A DNA stretch of 64,000 nucleotides, from the NCBI GenBank assembly GCA_038321985.1, contig JBBQFN010000002.1:32001-96000 (forward strand), given 5' to 3'. How positions within the stretch are numbered: the first letter of the stretch is position 1; every line of letters begins with the position of its first letter. Of the stretch, positions 30,450 through 41,716 are shown one piece after another. The position numbers were made by a program, and so were the translations under genes. This DNA is from Cyanophyceae cyanobacterium. Its GTDB lineage: Bacteria > Cyanobacteriota > Cyanobacteriia > Cyanobacteriales > Laspinemataceae. The notes beneath the pieces are model-generated. The model searched no databases. It saw only the letters and a program-made list of their open reading frames with translations, and was not told where the DNA came from.

Positions 30450-31457
30450 ATGAAAGTCGTATTCTTCGGTACTCCCCATTTTGCTGTTCCCACATTGCAA
30501 ATCCTGTTAGCCACCCCCGAGGTTGACGTATTAGCTGTGGTCACTCAGCCGGATAAACGTCGCAGTCGCGGCAGCCAATTAGACCATTCCCCAGTCAAAT
30601 CTTTAGCCTTAGACCACAATCTCCCCGTCTGGCAGCCTCAACGAGTTAAAAAAGATAGCGATACGCTGGATTTTCTGAGGCAATCTCAGGCGGATCTATT
30701 TGTTGTAGTGGCTTACGGACAGATTTTATCTCAGGAAATTCTAGATATGCCCGCCCTGGGCTGTGTCAATGTCCACTCCTCTCTCTTACCCAAATATCGA
30801 GGGGCCGCTCCCATTCAATGGTCCCTGTACAATGGTGAGGTGGAAACCGGCGTAACAACGATGCAAATGGAGGCCGGATTGGATACCGGACCAATCCTAC
30901 TCACGGCCCAAGTCCCCATCGAATTGTTAGATAATGCTGAGCGCTTGGCTCATACTCTCTCTGCTGTAGGGGCCGAGTTGTTACTGGAAACCGTCGTAAA
31001 GTTAGGCCGTCAGCAAATCCAGCCTATCCCCCAAAATGATCCAGACTCGACCTACGCGCCGTTAATCCAGAAAGAGAATTATCTGCTGGATTGGTCCCGC
31101 AGTGCGATCGCCCTGCATAACCAAATTCGCGGCTTTTTCCCCAACTGCATCACGCAATTTCGCGGCCAGGACCTTAAAATTATAGCGACGGCACCCGTAG
31201 GCGATCGCTACTGGGACAAACTTCCCCCCTCATTTAGCGTTCTCGAACACAATTGGCCTGCCCTCTATTCCGGAGAGGGCAAACCCGGTGAAATTGTCAG
31301 TATTGCCAAACATATCGGGCCGATTATCCAAACCGGCGACGGTCTTTTACTATTACAGCAAGTCCAGTTTGCGGGTAAACGCGCTCAGTCGGGATGGGAT
31401 TTTGCAAATGGGATGCATTTGCTCGTGGGCGAAATGTTGGCTAATGGTGATGCTTAA
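30450..31457 (+). CDS. fmt: Methionyl-tRNA formyltransferase
   Basis: [45 protein letters not shown]. Confidence 0.96.
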   Translation: MKVVFFGTPHFAVPTLQILLATPEVDVLAVVTQPDKRRSRGSQLDHSPVKSLALDHNLPVWQPQRVKKDSDTLDFLRQSQADLFVVVAYGQILSQEILDMPALGCVNVHSSLLPKYRGAAPIQWSLYNGEVETGVTTMQMEAGLDTGPILLTAQVPIELLDNAERLAHTLSAVGAELLLETVVKLGRQQIQPIPQNDPDSTYAPLIQKENYLLDWSRSAIALHNQIRGFFPNCITQFRGQDLKIIATAPVGDRYWDKLPPSFSVLEHNWPALYSGEGKPGEIVSIAKHIGPIIQTGDGLLLLQQVQFAGKRAQSGWDFANGMHLLVGEMLANGDA

Positions 31458-31482
31458 GTGCCTCTAGAAACGCGATCAATGC

Positions 31483-31863
31483 CTAACTAGGGAGCGATCG
31501 CGCTTCTTCGGATGAGTTTTCAAAAAAGCGGCATCCTGCACAGGGTCCTTCTGGGTTGACGGCACAGCGAATCAGTTCAGATTTAGCGTTGAAGCGGCAA
31601 CTGGCCTCTCCAATCACCCAGCGTCCCTCTACAAGGCTTTTTTCAATCGGTCGCTGCGCTGACTGAACGTACAGGGCAATATTGTGTAAGTGATAGCGAC
31701 CCGATTTCAGTTGATATCGGTGGCGGCGTTCTAGCACGGCATAGGTTTTTCCTTCCAGATCCAGATAGTGACCCGGTTGCGGATTCCAATCTAAATGCAC
31801 TTTCCCCAAGGATTGCGAGGGCTTGGTCAGTATCACCTCTGTGGGTAAAGAATCGGGTTCCAT
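31483..31863 (-). CDS. DUF6464-like protein
   Basis: VLERRHRYQL...IGEASCRFNAKSELIRCAVNPEGPCAGC Cys motif. Confidence 0.72.
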   Translation of the reverse strand: MEPDSLPTEVILTKPSQSLGKVHLDWNPQPGHYLDLEGKTYAVLERRHRYQLKSGRYHLHNIALYVQSAQRPIEKSLVEGRWVIGEASCRFNAKSELIRCAVNPEGPCAGCRFFENSSEEARSLPS

Positions 31864-32255
31864 AGATTCCTCTGTGATTTTCTTTACCTTTTTACGTTAG
31901 CTTACACCGCCCCTGGATGCCGAAACTCCTGCCGATCGCTTTTAACCTTGACTTTGCTGGCGCTCTACTGGGGGATCGGCTTCTATACCGACGGGCTTTC
32001 TGGGATGGACTTCTACCCTGAACGGGTATGAGTTTTCTTTAATTGCCAAGTTTTCTTAATTTTCATTCCCCGTTTAACCCCCCTAAAATTGGATATAATT
32101 TAAACTAGAAAAGCTGTCTAAAAAATTTTTTCTCAATCTATAAAATCAAGTCGGCAGCCAAAAACAAAGCAAGCGCCATCACAGCGCCTTGCCAAAAACT
32201 CGGGTTCTCAGCCTAAAAAATTCCAATTCACCAAACTTAAACAGGAACAATTGAT

Positions 32256-32483
32256 ATGTTTTTAGAACAAAAATCAACGGGCAATTTAATTGAAGTTGTC
32301 AAAAATGAGGATTTGTCCGACCCCAGTTGCACTGAAGTTGAGGGGAGATCTCATGCGGGAGAAGAAATGCAAGATGTAGAAAATTTTCCGAAAGAAGATT
32401 TAAAATTCCCCTCCGGGGAATCCTTACCCATCTGCTGGGTGGATCCGAACTATCGTTCTTCTGCTCCAAAAGTCTCCTCTTGA
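32256..32483 (+). CDS. Small conserved cyanobacterial protein (often labelled 'acetyltransferase')
   Basis: GRSHAGEEMQD...F.K..L.FPSGESLP.CW.D.NY motif; AGGA upstream. Confidence 0.7.
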   Translation: MFLEQKSTGNLIEVVKNEDLSDPSCTEVEGRSHAGEEMQDVENFPKEDLKFPSGESLPICWVDPNYRSSAPKVSS

Positions 32484-32489
32484 GCCAGA

Positions 32490-35400
32490 TCAAGCAATAA
32501 GGTCTTGATCAGGGCGATCGCCGGGTGTTTTTCGCTGTATTTCACCCCGCGATCGTGGAGTGATGGGTAAAGCAATAATAAATTCAGTGCCCTCTCCGGG
32601 TGTAGAAATACAGCGCAGTTCTCCTCCATGTTTTTCTACTACAATGGAGTAAGAAATAGAAAGTCCTAAACCTGTCCCCTGTCCGACAGGTTTAGTGGTA
32701 AAAAATGGGTCAAAAATTTTCAGCCGTACCGCTTCACTGATGCCCGGACCATTATCTGCAATCCGAACCTGTACCCAATCGCGATCGCGGACTTCCGTGC
32801 GAAGGACAATCCTCGGTAAGCAGGTTCCCGGAGTCGATACATCTACGGGAAGAACATCTGACCCAGCTAACGAGGAAATAGAATAATGCCCTTGTTCCTC
32901 TGGGCTGTGCTGTCCTAATCGATCCCACATATCAAAGGCATCGATCGCATTATTTAAAATATTCATCACCACCTGATTCACTTGGGACGCGTAGCAGGTA
33001 ATGGGTGGCAGCTTGCCATACTCTTTGATTACCTCAATTGTTGGACCCCCTTTTGGACAAGCCAAACGGGACTGCAAAATTAACAGAGTGGAATCAATCC
33101 CTTGATGAAGATCAACTTCTTTCATCGCTGATTCATCCAGGCGGGAGAAATTGCGTAATCCTAAAACAATTTGGCGAATACGTTCGGCTCCACTTTTCAT
33201 GGAAGACAGCAACCTCGGTAAATCTTCTAGTAAAAAGTCTAGATCCATCTGCTTGATAGCCTCTTGAATTTCCTCTATAGGAGCAGGATAGTGAGTTTGA
33301 TAGAGAAAAATCAAGTTAAATAAATCTTCGAGATACTCTCCAGCATGATTGAGATTGCCATAAATAAAACTGACGGGATTATTAATTTCATGAGCAATTC
33401 CGGCCACCATTTGGCCTAGACTTGACATTTTTTCGGTTTGAATTAGTTGCGCTTGGGTGTGTTTCAGGGTTTCCAGGGTCTGTGACAAGCGTAGATTTTT
33501 TTCGTTTAAGGCATCGTTGGCTTGATTTAAGGCGTGAGTGCGTTCTTGAACTTTGGCTTCGAGGTTGGCATAAAGTAGGGCATTTTCTAAAGCGATCGCC
33601 GCTTGGGAGGACAGAATTTTTAAAATTTCTAGGCGATCGCGGGTAAAGGCGGCTCGGGTTAAGTTATTTTCTAAATACAGGATGCCTAATGTTTTTCCCC
33701 CATTCACAATCGGGGTACATAACAAAGATTTTAACTGATGTTCAACCACATAAGGATCGTTTGTAAATGCTCCCTCACAAGCTGCATGGCTTAATACTAA
33801 GTTAGACCCAGTTCGAGCTACATATTTGACGATCGCCCGGGGTAAATCAGAGCAAGTTTCGATATCAATAGATTGCTCAACGGTAACGGCTTCGGCTTCT
33901 ACGGAGGCTGAGGCAGAAATCAAAAGTTTGCCCTCAACGGCTAAAATTAAAAAGCCTTTTTCTGCGCCGGCATTCTCGATCGCCGTTTTCATTAAGGTAG
34001 CTAGCAATTTATCCAGTACAATTTCACTGGCGATCGCTTGTGAGGCTTTGAGGACTGTCGTCAAATCCAGGCGATCGCTACTCTCCCGAGAGACGGAGAT
34101 TTCCGCCTGAGTCGGTAGCTGGGCGTTGGAGGGAGAGAATTGGGCCGTGACGACGGGCAGTAATTGGGAATAGGTAGTTTCCAACTGTTTGACTTTCGCT
34201 GTTGCACCCCATTTTTTATACCCCTCATAGGCTTCCTGCATATAACCTTTGGCAACGGTGACTTTTCCCAAGCCTAAATAAAACTTAGCCGCCCGTTCCT
34301 GGGTAAGTGCGGCTTCATGTAAATACTCATGTTCCGTGGCGAGTTCGATGGCGCAGTCATATTTATCCATCGCCTGAGATTTCTGACCCAGTAACCGGTC
34401 CCATTCAGCTTGCACCAGATAAAATTTATGCAAATAATTCATTGGGGCATGATCGGCCCATTTTTTCAGTTTCTTTTGGTTAATCCCGACTTTTTTGAGG
34501 AGAATTTGCCGTTCTTGTTCCCCGGCGCGATCGCACAGCGCCATTCGCGTTAGGGAATCGTACCAATAAAATAGCGCCACAACCGGCAAGGCGATCGCCC
34601 CATCTAGATATTTCTGTGCTTCTTCTGCATTAATAAGCGCTTCGGGGTAGTTTTCAAACCAATAACAAAGTGTTAATTGATTAACAAAGTAATCGTGCAG
34701 TCCATTTCGGTCATTTGCTGCCATCATTAAGGGCAACGACTGCCCGCGATCAAAGGCTTCTCCTACTAACTGACAGGGATTTTCACTGCGTCCTAGCAAA
34801 TTCAGCACCGCTTGCCGATACATTTCATTCCATCGAACCACGTTCATCTGTTGCCACTGGTGGAGGGAATGGCTTAACTGTGTCATTTCCCGTTCTACCC
34901 CATTGAGTTCTTCTCCAATAAAGTATAAGTTTTGACAGAAGTTTTTGGCTGCATAAGAAGCCCATTCTAAATCGCCATTTTCAATTCCGCTACGTTTGGC
35001 TTCGCATAACGGAAGTAATGTTTCCTTGAGATGAACAGTCCAAGGGTTAATTAACCCTTCTACCATGGTTAAAATTTTTGCTCGCGTTTGATTATTGCCA
35101 AACTGATCTAACAAATTTAATGCTAATTGTCCAAATTTATACCCGAGTTCAATTTCCCAAAAACCCCCGGCCAAAATTACGCCATAATTGGCATAAGCAA
35201 AGGCGGACCAGGGGGAATTCCCCCACTGAATTGATAAATTTACCTGTTTAAATACAATCAGCGGGAATAAAGCTGGGGCGGCTTGATAGGCAGCCGACAC
35301 AAAGCTAGAGAGAATTCGCATAGCGGCGAGTGTCTCCGGGTCTATCATGGTCGGCAATCCCAATAAGTCGGTAGGGTCTTTTTCACCCATTACAACCCGG

Positions 35401-38090
35401 GTTGTTTCTAGTTCCCGATGGATATCGGTAAGGCTGGGATTATCAATTAAGGGGACACCTAGTTTTTGGGTAACTTGCATACCGACTTGCACCGCTTCTA
35501 GTGGTTGCGCCTGCACCATACAAGATTGAATTTTTAATTCATAAACTCTGACCGCATCAAGCAGGGTTTTACTCTGTTCAATGACGGGATTGAATAAGGC
35601 GTTCATTTGGGCGAAGTCGCCACATAAATAAGCAGCTTCTGTGGCTTCTTGATACAGGGCCAGGGTTAAGTTATAGTTTTTTTGCCAGCGATCGCCGCTT
35701 AAGAGTTGGATGCCGTGATTTAGATAGTTGAGTGCCGGTTGATAGGCTGCCGATCGCTTGGCTTTTTGTCCCGCGTTCAGGTTTAATTGGGCAATTTTTT
35801 CTCGGTCCTGAGAATGACTGTTCGGTGAGATGCCTTTATTGAGTTGATTGACAATATCAAAGAGCCTATCATCCCGGCGATCGCTGGGGGTATTTTTCAG
35901 CCAGTATTGTCCGATTTTTCCATGGATAGTAGATTTGTCAGAATCGGAAATCAGCGAGTAGGCGGCGGTATAAATGCGGTCGTGTACGAATTTATATTCT
36001 GCGATCAGGCGATCCATACTTGTCTCGTCCTGACTGCCTGCTTTCCATTCCGCGATCGTCACGGACCAATCTGCACTCTCCGTTGCCGGCAAAACAAACC
36101 CTTGGGTGACTGTTGCACGCAAATTCGCCGCAATTTCTTTTACCGACTGATTAGAAATCGCCGCCAAGGTTTGCAGATCAAATCGCTTACCAATACAGGC
36201 AGCCAGCTTCAGTAAAGATTGCTCCCGTTCCCCCAGTTTACCAATTTTTCCAGCTAATAATTTTACCACATTATCGGTAATGGACCGCTTCTTTATTTTT
36301 TCAATCGACCACTGCCAGGTTAAACTTTGATTATCAAACTCAATTAATTTATCTTCATAGATGGCGGTTAAAAATTGCTGAATAAACAAAGGATTTCCTT
36401 CAGTTTTATCCACCACTAATTCGGCAAACGGTCCGGCTTGTCTTAAGGAACACTGAAAGGTATCGGCCAAAAGCTGATTAACACTCGCTAATCCCAAAGG
36501 TTCTAATTCGATCCAATTAACAATTCCCTGGGTTTCCTGAATATGGGCTAGCATTTCCAGGATTTGAGTATCAGCAGGATTCAAGGGGTTTTGGGATACT
36601 CTCTCGCGATAAGAAAGCACTAAGAATAGTCCCGGATCCGGGACACTCATCAGCCGTTGAATTAGGCGCAAAGACCCCGCATCGGCCCACTGAATATCGT
36701 CTAAAAATATGGTTAAGGGATGGTTCGGATTTGCAACAACTTTTATAAAATTTTGAAAGGTTAAATGAAAGCGATTTTCTGCTTCCGTAGGGGGGAGAAC
36801 TGGTATAGGGTTTTGTTTACCCAAAATCAGCGCCATTTCAGGAATCACATCAACGATAACCTGTCCGTTGGTGCCGAGTGCCATCCGGAGTTGCTCTTGC
36901 CAAGAGTCGAGGCGATCGTCGGGTTCCATTAGCAAGTGAGCGACTAATTCTTCAAAGGCTTTAATCAAGCCCAGGTAAGGAATATCTTGCTGGCTTTTGT
37001 TAAATTTTCCCGAAATAAAATAGCCGCTCCTTTTGGCAATGGGCTGATAGAGTTGCTGCACAAATGAAGTTTTCCCCATGCCACCTTCCCCAACTACCAC
37101 CATCACTTCTCGTTGGGATTGCCGGGTGCGTTCAAAGGCAGCGGACAAGGCTATAAATTGAGATTTTCGACCATAAATTTTATGGGAAATTTTAAACTTG
37201 CGGGAAACATCATTTTCTCCTAAAATAAAATCTTCTATTTCTCCGGTAGCTTCTAGTTGCATCAAGCAGACCACTAAATCCGCTTGCAGTCCCCAAGCGC
37301 TTTGATATCGGTCTTCTGCCGTTTTAGAAAGCAATTTCATCACAATATCAGAAACGGCTTTGGGAATGGAGGATTCTATTTGATGGGGGGGAACCGGCTG
37401 TTTTGCCAGATGGGAATGTACAATTTCCATCGGGTCAGGACTGGTAAAGGGCAACTGGTTTAGGAGGAGTTCGTAGAGGGTAACTCCCAGGGAATAAAAG
37501 TCCGTCCGATAGTCTAATGTGCGATTCATTCTGCCGGTTTGTTCCGGGGACATATAGGCGAGATTGCCTTCTAAGATATTGGGATTTTTTAACTGAGGAG
37601 TTTCTGCGGATAAAATCGTGGCAATGCTAAATCCAATCAGCTTAAGTTCTGCGGTTTCCGGGTTGAAAAGGATATGGGCCGGATTGATATTTTTATGGAT
37701 GATATTAGCACTATGAATTGATCCCAGTGCTTCGGCAATTTGAATAGCCAGGTTCAAAAATTCAATCTGCGTCAAAATCCGATTTTTGAGGAATTGTTTT
37801 AAAGACTCTGCGCCAAAGTCTTCTAAAATTAAGGCGATCGCCTGATTATACTTGTGAATGCCGTAGGTCTGGACTACGCCCTCTAAATTTAAGCGATAAA
37901 TTTCATATTCTTGCTTGTATCGGCTAAAGTCTGCTAGACTACCTAGGTTTGAATGTAAAATTTTTACGATCACCGCTAAATTATCCCGCTCCCGAATTGT
38001 CCGATAGACTATTGAGCGAGAGTTTTCGCTGAGTTTGGCAATAATTTTGAACCCGTTTAGGGCCAGGGTCGGTATTTTGCTTTCTATCAT
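32490..38090 (-). CDS. Multidomain Ser/Thr kinase-like + AAA ATPase + GAF + histidine kinase
   Basis: [15 protein letters not shown], Walker [18 protein letters not shown] region, H-box [22 protein letters not shown]. Start taken at ATG 38090. Confidence 0.92.
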   Translation of the reverse strand: MIESKIPTLALNGFKIIAKLSENSRSIVYRTIRERDNLAVIVKILHSNLGSLADFSRYKQEYEIYRLNLEGVVQTYGIHKYNQAIALILEDFGAESLKQFLKNRILTQIEFLNLAIQIAEALGSIHSANIIHKNINPAHILFNPETAELKLIGFSIATILSAETPQLKNPNILEGNLAYMSPEQTGRMNRTLDYRTDFYSLGVTLYELLLNQLPFTSPDPMEIVHSHLAKQPVPPHQIESSIPKAVSDIVMKLLSKTAEDRYQSAWGLQADLVVCLMQLEATGEIEDFILGENDVSRKFKISHKIYGRKSQFIALSAAFERTRQSQREVMVVVGEGGMGKTSFVQQLYQPIAKRSGYFISGKFNKSQQDIPYLGLIKAFEELVAHLLMEPDDRLDSWQEQLRMALGTNGQVIVDVIPEMALILGKQNPIPVLPPTEAENRFHLTFQNFIKVVANPNHPLTIFLDDIQWADAGSLRLIQRLMSVPDPGLFLVLSYRERVSQNPLNPADTQILEMLAHIQETQGIVNWIELEPLGLASVNQLLADTFQCSLRQAGPFAELVVDKTEGNPLFIQQFLTAIYEDKLIEFDNQSLTWQWSIEKIKKRSITDNVVKLLAGKIGKLGEREQSLLKLAACIGKRFDLQTLAAISNQSVKEIAANLRATVTQGFVLPATESADWSVTIAEWKAGSQDETSMDRLIAEYKFVHDRIYTAAYSLISDSDKSTIHGKIGQYWLKNTPSDRRDDRLFDIVNQLNKGISPNSHSQDREKIAQLNLNAGQKAKRSAAYQPALNYLNHGIQLLSGDRWQKNYNLTLALYQEATEAAYLCGDFAQMNALFNPVIEQSKTLLDAVRVYELKIQSCMVQAQPLEAVQVGMQVTQKLGVPLIDNPSLTDIHRELETTRVVMGEKDPTDLLGLPTMIDPETLAAMRILSSFVSAAYQAAPALFPLIVFKQVNLSIQWGNSPWSAFAYANYGVILAGGFWEIELGYKFGQLALNLLDQFGNNQTRAKILTMVEGLINPWTVHLKETLLPLCEAKRSGIENGDLEWASYAAKNFCQNLYFIGEELNGVEREMTQLSHSLHQWQQMNVVRWNEMYRQAVLNLLGRSENPCQLVGEAFDRGQSLPLMMAANDRNGLHDYFVNQLTLCYWFENYPEALINAEEAQKYLDGAIALPVVALFYWYDSLTRMALCDRAGEQERQILLKKVGINQKKLKKWADHAPMNYLHKFYLVQAEWDRLLGQKSQAMDKYDCAIELATEHEYLHEAALTQERAAKFYLGLGKVTVAKGYMQEAYEGYKKWGATAKVKQLETTYSQLLPVVTAQFSPSNAQLPTQAEISVSRESSDRLDLTTVLKASQAIASEIVLDKLLATLMKTAIENAGAEKGFLILAVEGKLLISASASVEAEAVTVEQSIDIETCSDLPRAIVKYVARTGSNLVLSHAACEGAFTNDPYVVEHQLKSLLCTPIVNGGKTLGILYLENNLTRAAFTRDRLEILKILSSQAAIALENALLYANLEAKVQERTHALNQANDALNEKNLRLSQTLETLKHTQAQLIQTEKMSSLGQMVAGIAHEINNPVSFIYGNLNHAGEYLEDLFNLIFLYQTHYPAPIEEIQEAIKQMDLDFLLEDLPRLLSSMKSGAERIRQIVLGLRNFSRLDESAMKEVDLHQGIDSTLLILQSRLACPKGGPTIEVIKEYGKLPPITCYASQVNQVVMNILNNAIDAFDMWDRLGQHSPEEQGHYSISSLAGSDVLPVDVSTPGTCLPRIVLRTEVRDRDWVQVRIADNGPGISEAVRLKIFDPFFTTKPVGQGTGLGLSISYSIVVEKHGGELRCISTPGEGTEFIIALPITPRSRGEIQRKTPGDRPDQDLIA

Positions 38091-38453
38091 AGGTCCAGTG
38101 GGTGCATTGGTCCGGTCAGAATAGGGAAAATTAAAAATACCCCTAGGCACAGCGGCCAAAACCAGCGTTCTCGTGGTTTGGAGAAGCAGGTTTTAGGGTG
38201 TCCATCGCCCGGTCCGCACGATCCGTTACGAACCGTGATTACCTTTGTTTTCTCAGTTTAACTTAAGCTCTTGTACTTTTCTGTAACAAAAATCAGGAAA
38301 TCTGAACAGAATCGGTTACAACTAGGAGAACCCGTAGCCAGATCAGTCGGCCTCTTGATGTATGCTTATTCTCTCACTGTATCCCCAGGATTAATATTCG
38401 ATTGGGATCTATTTCTTTTAAAATTAAGAGATAATTTAGCTGCCTTTTTCCCC

Positions 38454-38864
38454 ATGAGCAATCCCTTAAAACGCTTAAAATATTTACCCTGGTCTTCCCT
38501 GCTGCCGGTTGCGGGCCTCACAACTCAACTCGTGGCGGCAATCGAGGTCTGGTTGGCATACGGTGCTACCCAATCAAACGCCCTTAGAAATACCTTGGGC
38601 TTACTGTATGCACCGCCTTTGGGAACCCTGGTTGCGTTTGCATTAGCGGTGGGAATGGGGGCGATCGCTGTGTACGGATGCGAACGCTGGAATCGTGCCA
38701 TGCTCAATTCCGGGAGTCTGTGGGCCTTAGCCTTTTGCTTACTCCTCGGTCTATTTATTAAGTCCCTTCTCCCTATCCCAGGGTTACTCGTGGATCTTTC
38801 CCAAATGTCTTTTATCGCGTTGGTGGTAGGCATTTTCTGGAAAGGGCGACCTTATTTACGCTAA
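38454..38864 (+). CDS. Conserved hypothetical membrane protein
   Basis: Four hydrophobic segments; MSNPLKRLKYLPW...GIFWKGRPY. Start moved to ATG 38454. Confidence 0.7.
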   Translation: MSNPLKRLKYLPWSSLLPVAGLTTQLVAAIEVWLAYGATQSNALRNTLGLLYAPPLGTLVAFALAVGMGAIAVYGCERWNRAMLNSGSLWALAFCLLLGLFIKSLLPIPGLLVDLSQMSFIALVVGIFWKGRPYLR

Positions 38865-38968
38865 GCGTAGGGAAGATCCGGGCGCTTGATCCCCACCGCT
38901 ACCCTAGGATTGAGAAGGCTAGATAAATTCTAGATTCTCAATTGTTAATTCTTTATTTTTTAATCTGC

Positions 38969-39022
38969 AAAAAAAAATCCCGCTCAAGTTGAACGGGAAG
39001 CCATCAGGGTGCATCTACTAAT
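38969..39022 (-). ncRNA. NsiR1-like small RNA, copy A
   Basis: TAGTAGATGCACCCTG core, then terminator TCCCGTTCAA-C-TTGAGCGGGA-T9. TATGAT -10 box at 39035-39030. Shares GTAGATGCACCCTG with copy B. Confidence 0.6.
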
Positions 39023-39264
39023 GGATTTCATCATAACCGATGAGGGGTGACACCCCACAGTTCTTTAACAAAAATTTATAAAATCGCTGAAAAGGTCGAA
39101 ATCTCGTTACGTTAGTCCTACAGATTCAACTCCCAATCCGATATTAATTACAGATTAATGATTAAGGATTAATCATGAGGAAATACAGCGATTTCTAAAA
39201 AAGCTAGCCTTATCAGTTGCCAAGGGAAAGGCGCTTAAACAATTGGCTTAAAATCTGGCAACCT

Positions 39265-39771
39265 CTAAGATAGGGAGTCTGAGGACGAGAAGAGTTCGGA
39301 AAACTCCAAAGCGGCTAATTGAGCGCGCCGCTGAGACAGTTGAAATTCCAGGGATTCGATTTCCGAGAGCAATTGCTGCCGTCGCTGTTCCACTCCATCG
39401 GTCTGGAATGCTAAAAAGGCTTCAATATCCGGCCATAATTCCACCGCCCAATCTTTACTAGCACTCCGGCATTCTTTGACAATTTGCACAGTGCCATTGG
39501 GTTGAAGTGCGAATAAAGTGTACAACCGCTTCTGAGTTCCTTTTTTGCTGCCTTTTTTCTCGCAGTGGAGATAGAGTCCCGGCTGTTGAAAGGTTTGGAC
39601 GCTGAGGTTGCTGACAAAATCACCCAAAATCGAATATCCATCAGTCGCGGTGGTATCGACGCCCTCAACTCGCTTGCACCAGTTGCCTGATTTTTCAGAA
39701 AGACTGCCTTCCCAAAAACCGGGCGCATTGAGGAACGCTTCTTTGAGATTAACCAGAAAGGATTCACTCAT
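39265..39771 (-). CDS. Hypothetical protein with C-terminal coiled coil
   Basis: Clean ORF; likely start MSESFL at 39771; heptad-like RRQQLLSEIESLEFQLSQRRAQL. Confidence 0.65.
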   Translation of the reverse strand: MSESFLVNLKEAFLNAPGFWEGSLSEKSGNWCKRVEGVDTTATDGYSILGDFVSNLSVQTFQQPGLYLHCEKKGSKKGTQKRLYTLFALQPNGTVQIVKECRSASKDWAVELWPDIEAFLAFQTDGVEQRRQQLLSEIESLEFQLSQRRAQLAALEFSELFSSSDSLS

Positions 39772-39885
39772 GGATTTAAAGTTGAATTTCAGGAGGGGGC
39801 GATCGCCTGCTATGAGGGAGAGTTGAGGTGCCTCCCCTGGGTAAACCGGAATCATACAGGCGATCGCAGCGCAAAGAACAGGGAC

Positions 39886-40251
39886 TTACTTGGTGGAGAA
39901 AGAACCCCATTGAGCTTCACCGGACATAGGCCGAGTGGCAACCTGTTTGCTTTGATTTCGCACGGATTTCTTTTCCGGGCGCGGTGGAGTGACGATCGCC
40001 GACTCCGAGAGTTCAGATTCTTGAGTGGGAGTTAGTGATTGGGGCGATCGCAACTCCGGGAGTTCTGGGATCAGTTCGGCGGTCATTTTTGCGGGTTCAA
40101 GGTAGGGAGTCTCTGGGGAAACTACGAGAGGGCCTCCAACTGAGCGAGATTTTTTCGGACGACGGAGTACAGGTTTGGGCTTGTTCGGATCCGCAATCAG
40201 CCAGAGAACGGCAAGAATAACGCAGATATCTAATAGCAGCATTTCCAACAT
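39886..40251 (-). CDS. Hypothetical protein with N-terminal TM anchor and Pro/Ser-rich tail
   Basis: Hydrophobic N-terminus LLLDICVILAVLWLI; AAGG upstream. Confidence 0.5.
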   Translation of the reverse strand: MLEMLLLDICVILAVLWLIADPNKPKPVLRRPKKSRSVGGPLVVSPETPYLEPAKMTAELIPELPELRSPQSLTPTQESELSESAIVTPPRPEKKSVRNQSKQVATRPMSGEAQWGSFSTK

Positions 40252-40496
40252 AATCGAACCTTAAATCGTGCGGCAAAAAAACCCGAGAATGGGGTAGGGT
40301 CGCGATCGCCTGCCATCTTCAGAAAGTTAAGCAACTGTCCCCTGAGCTGGGAACGCGATTCCCTCTCTTGATTGTAGAGTTGAAGAGTACCGAGAGCCAA
40401 CTGTTTTATCAATCAGCAACCCAATTTCTGGCAATCCCTGAATCAGTTCTCCAGCTAAACTTGGCCTTAAACCACTCCCTTAGTCCCGAGGGGAGA

Positions 40497-40694
40497 CTAT
40501 ACCTGGGGTTTTTCTGCTTTCCGTTCCATCTGTGATTCTGGGATATCTGGCGCAGGGACAGTTTGCCGCAGTTGATAGCCCTGATGGTCCATTTCTCGCA
40601 CAAAATTAGTGGGTTCCTCGGGCTGAACCGGGGGTGCGGGTTCTGGTGGTGGCGCTTCCCGTCTCAGTTGTTTAAGTTTAGCTTTCCGTCCCAT
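40497..40694 (-). CDS. Small hypothetical protein
   Basis: GGAG Shine-Dalgarno upstream; MGRKAKLKQLRR start. Confidence 0.6.
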   Translation of the reverse strand: MGRKAKLKQLRREAPPPEPAPPVQPEEPTNFVREMDHQGYQLRQTVPAPDIPESQMERKAEKPQV

Positions 40695-40788
40695 TCTGTT
40701 AACTCTCCATTCCGGTTTTTAAGTTAATTTTATCGGAATTTAGTGATTAGAAATCGGGGTTTTTGTGGGGGTTGTCTGGACTACCGCC

Positions 40789-41301
40789 CTAATTGCATAT
40801 TAGCAATTGCGTCACGATTTGGCCCCGGCGACCTTCTGGGGTGGTCACATCTGCAAAATAACCCAGACTCTCATTTACCGTAACAATGGTACTGTTGGGG
40901 ACACTGCCGAGGACTTCTCCACTGGGCGATCGCAGGTTAACGGGTCCTCCTTCTAAGGTTTTCACCTGCATTGACCCTGTAAACCGGGTGTTTCCGTAGT
41001 GATGATAAGTGAGAAAGCGTTCGGCGACCCCACCCGTTAACCCGCCCGGTGCAGTTATTTCCGACCAATTCCCACTGCGATCGCCCACGTTGTATAAAAC
41101 TACCGTCCCATTGGGAATTCTGCCCAGGATTGTAGCATTCGGGTCCGTACTTTCTCGCACATTCAGAACACCGCCTTCCGTGGTCACCCGCCGATACCAG
41201 GTCCGACAGTTAGAGTCAATATTAGATTGGGCCAAACTCGACGGCATCAAAGCCCCAATCGTTAAGGCAACTACCGCTAAGACAACAGGATAGCGTTTCA
41301 T
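40789..41301 (-). CDS. Secreted protein with two bacterial SH3 (SH3b) domains
   Basis: Signal peptide; LNVRE...ILGRIPNGT and VNLRS...VLGSVPNST repeats; GGAGG Shine-Dalgarno. Confidence 0.82.
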   Translation of the reverse strand: MKRYPVVLAVVALTIGALMPSSLAQSNIDSNCRTWYRRVTTEGGVLNVRESTDPNATILGRIPNGTVVLYNVGDRSGNWSEITAPGGLTGGVAERFLTYHHYGNTRFTGSMQVKTLEGGPVNLRSPSGEVLGSVPNSTIVTVNESLGYFADVTTPEGRRGQIVTQLLICN

Positions 41302-41535
41302 AATTTATCCTCCTCTTTCTAGTTTAAATCAAGTAGACAATTTTTGTAGAAGTAATCCCATGGGCGGGATTTGCCCCATTCCTAGGTGCTGTCTTGTTTT
41401 TTAGAAAATAAGCAGCTTATTTTATTCCTATACATCACCGAATTATGTTGGCTAAACCTAGAACTTACGACTGGATAAGCCGGTTAAAATCGGGGGAATC
41501 CTGGCAGATCCCATCTTTTTTAATAAACTGTAAAA

Positions 41536-41564
41536 GTAAGGACAGGGCAGTACCCTGTCCCTAC
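41536..41564. repeat. REP-like palindrome
   Basis: GTAAGGACAGGG-CAGTA-CCCTGTCCCTAC. Confidence 0.65.
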
Positions 41565-41716
41565 GGGATTAATGGATATAGTGACTTTCAAGGGCCGGGA
41601 CAATTCTTTCTATTAGAACTCCTCAAAGGGGAGCGCTTTGCTTTCTAATGTAGCCTGAATTTAATAGGTTTGCCCTCCTTGATTCTATTATCAATTGACT
41701 GCCGGACTCCCTAGAA

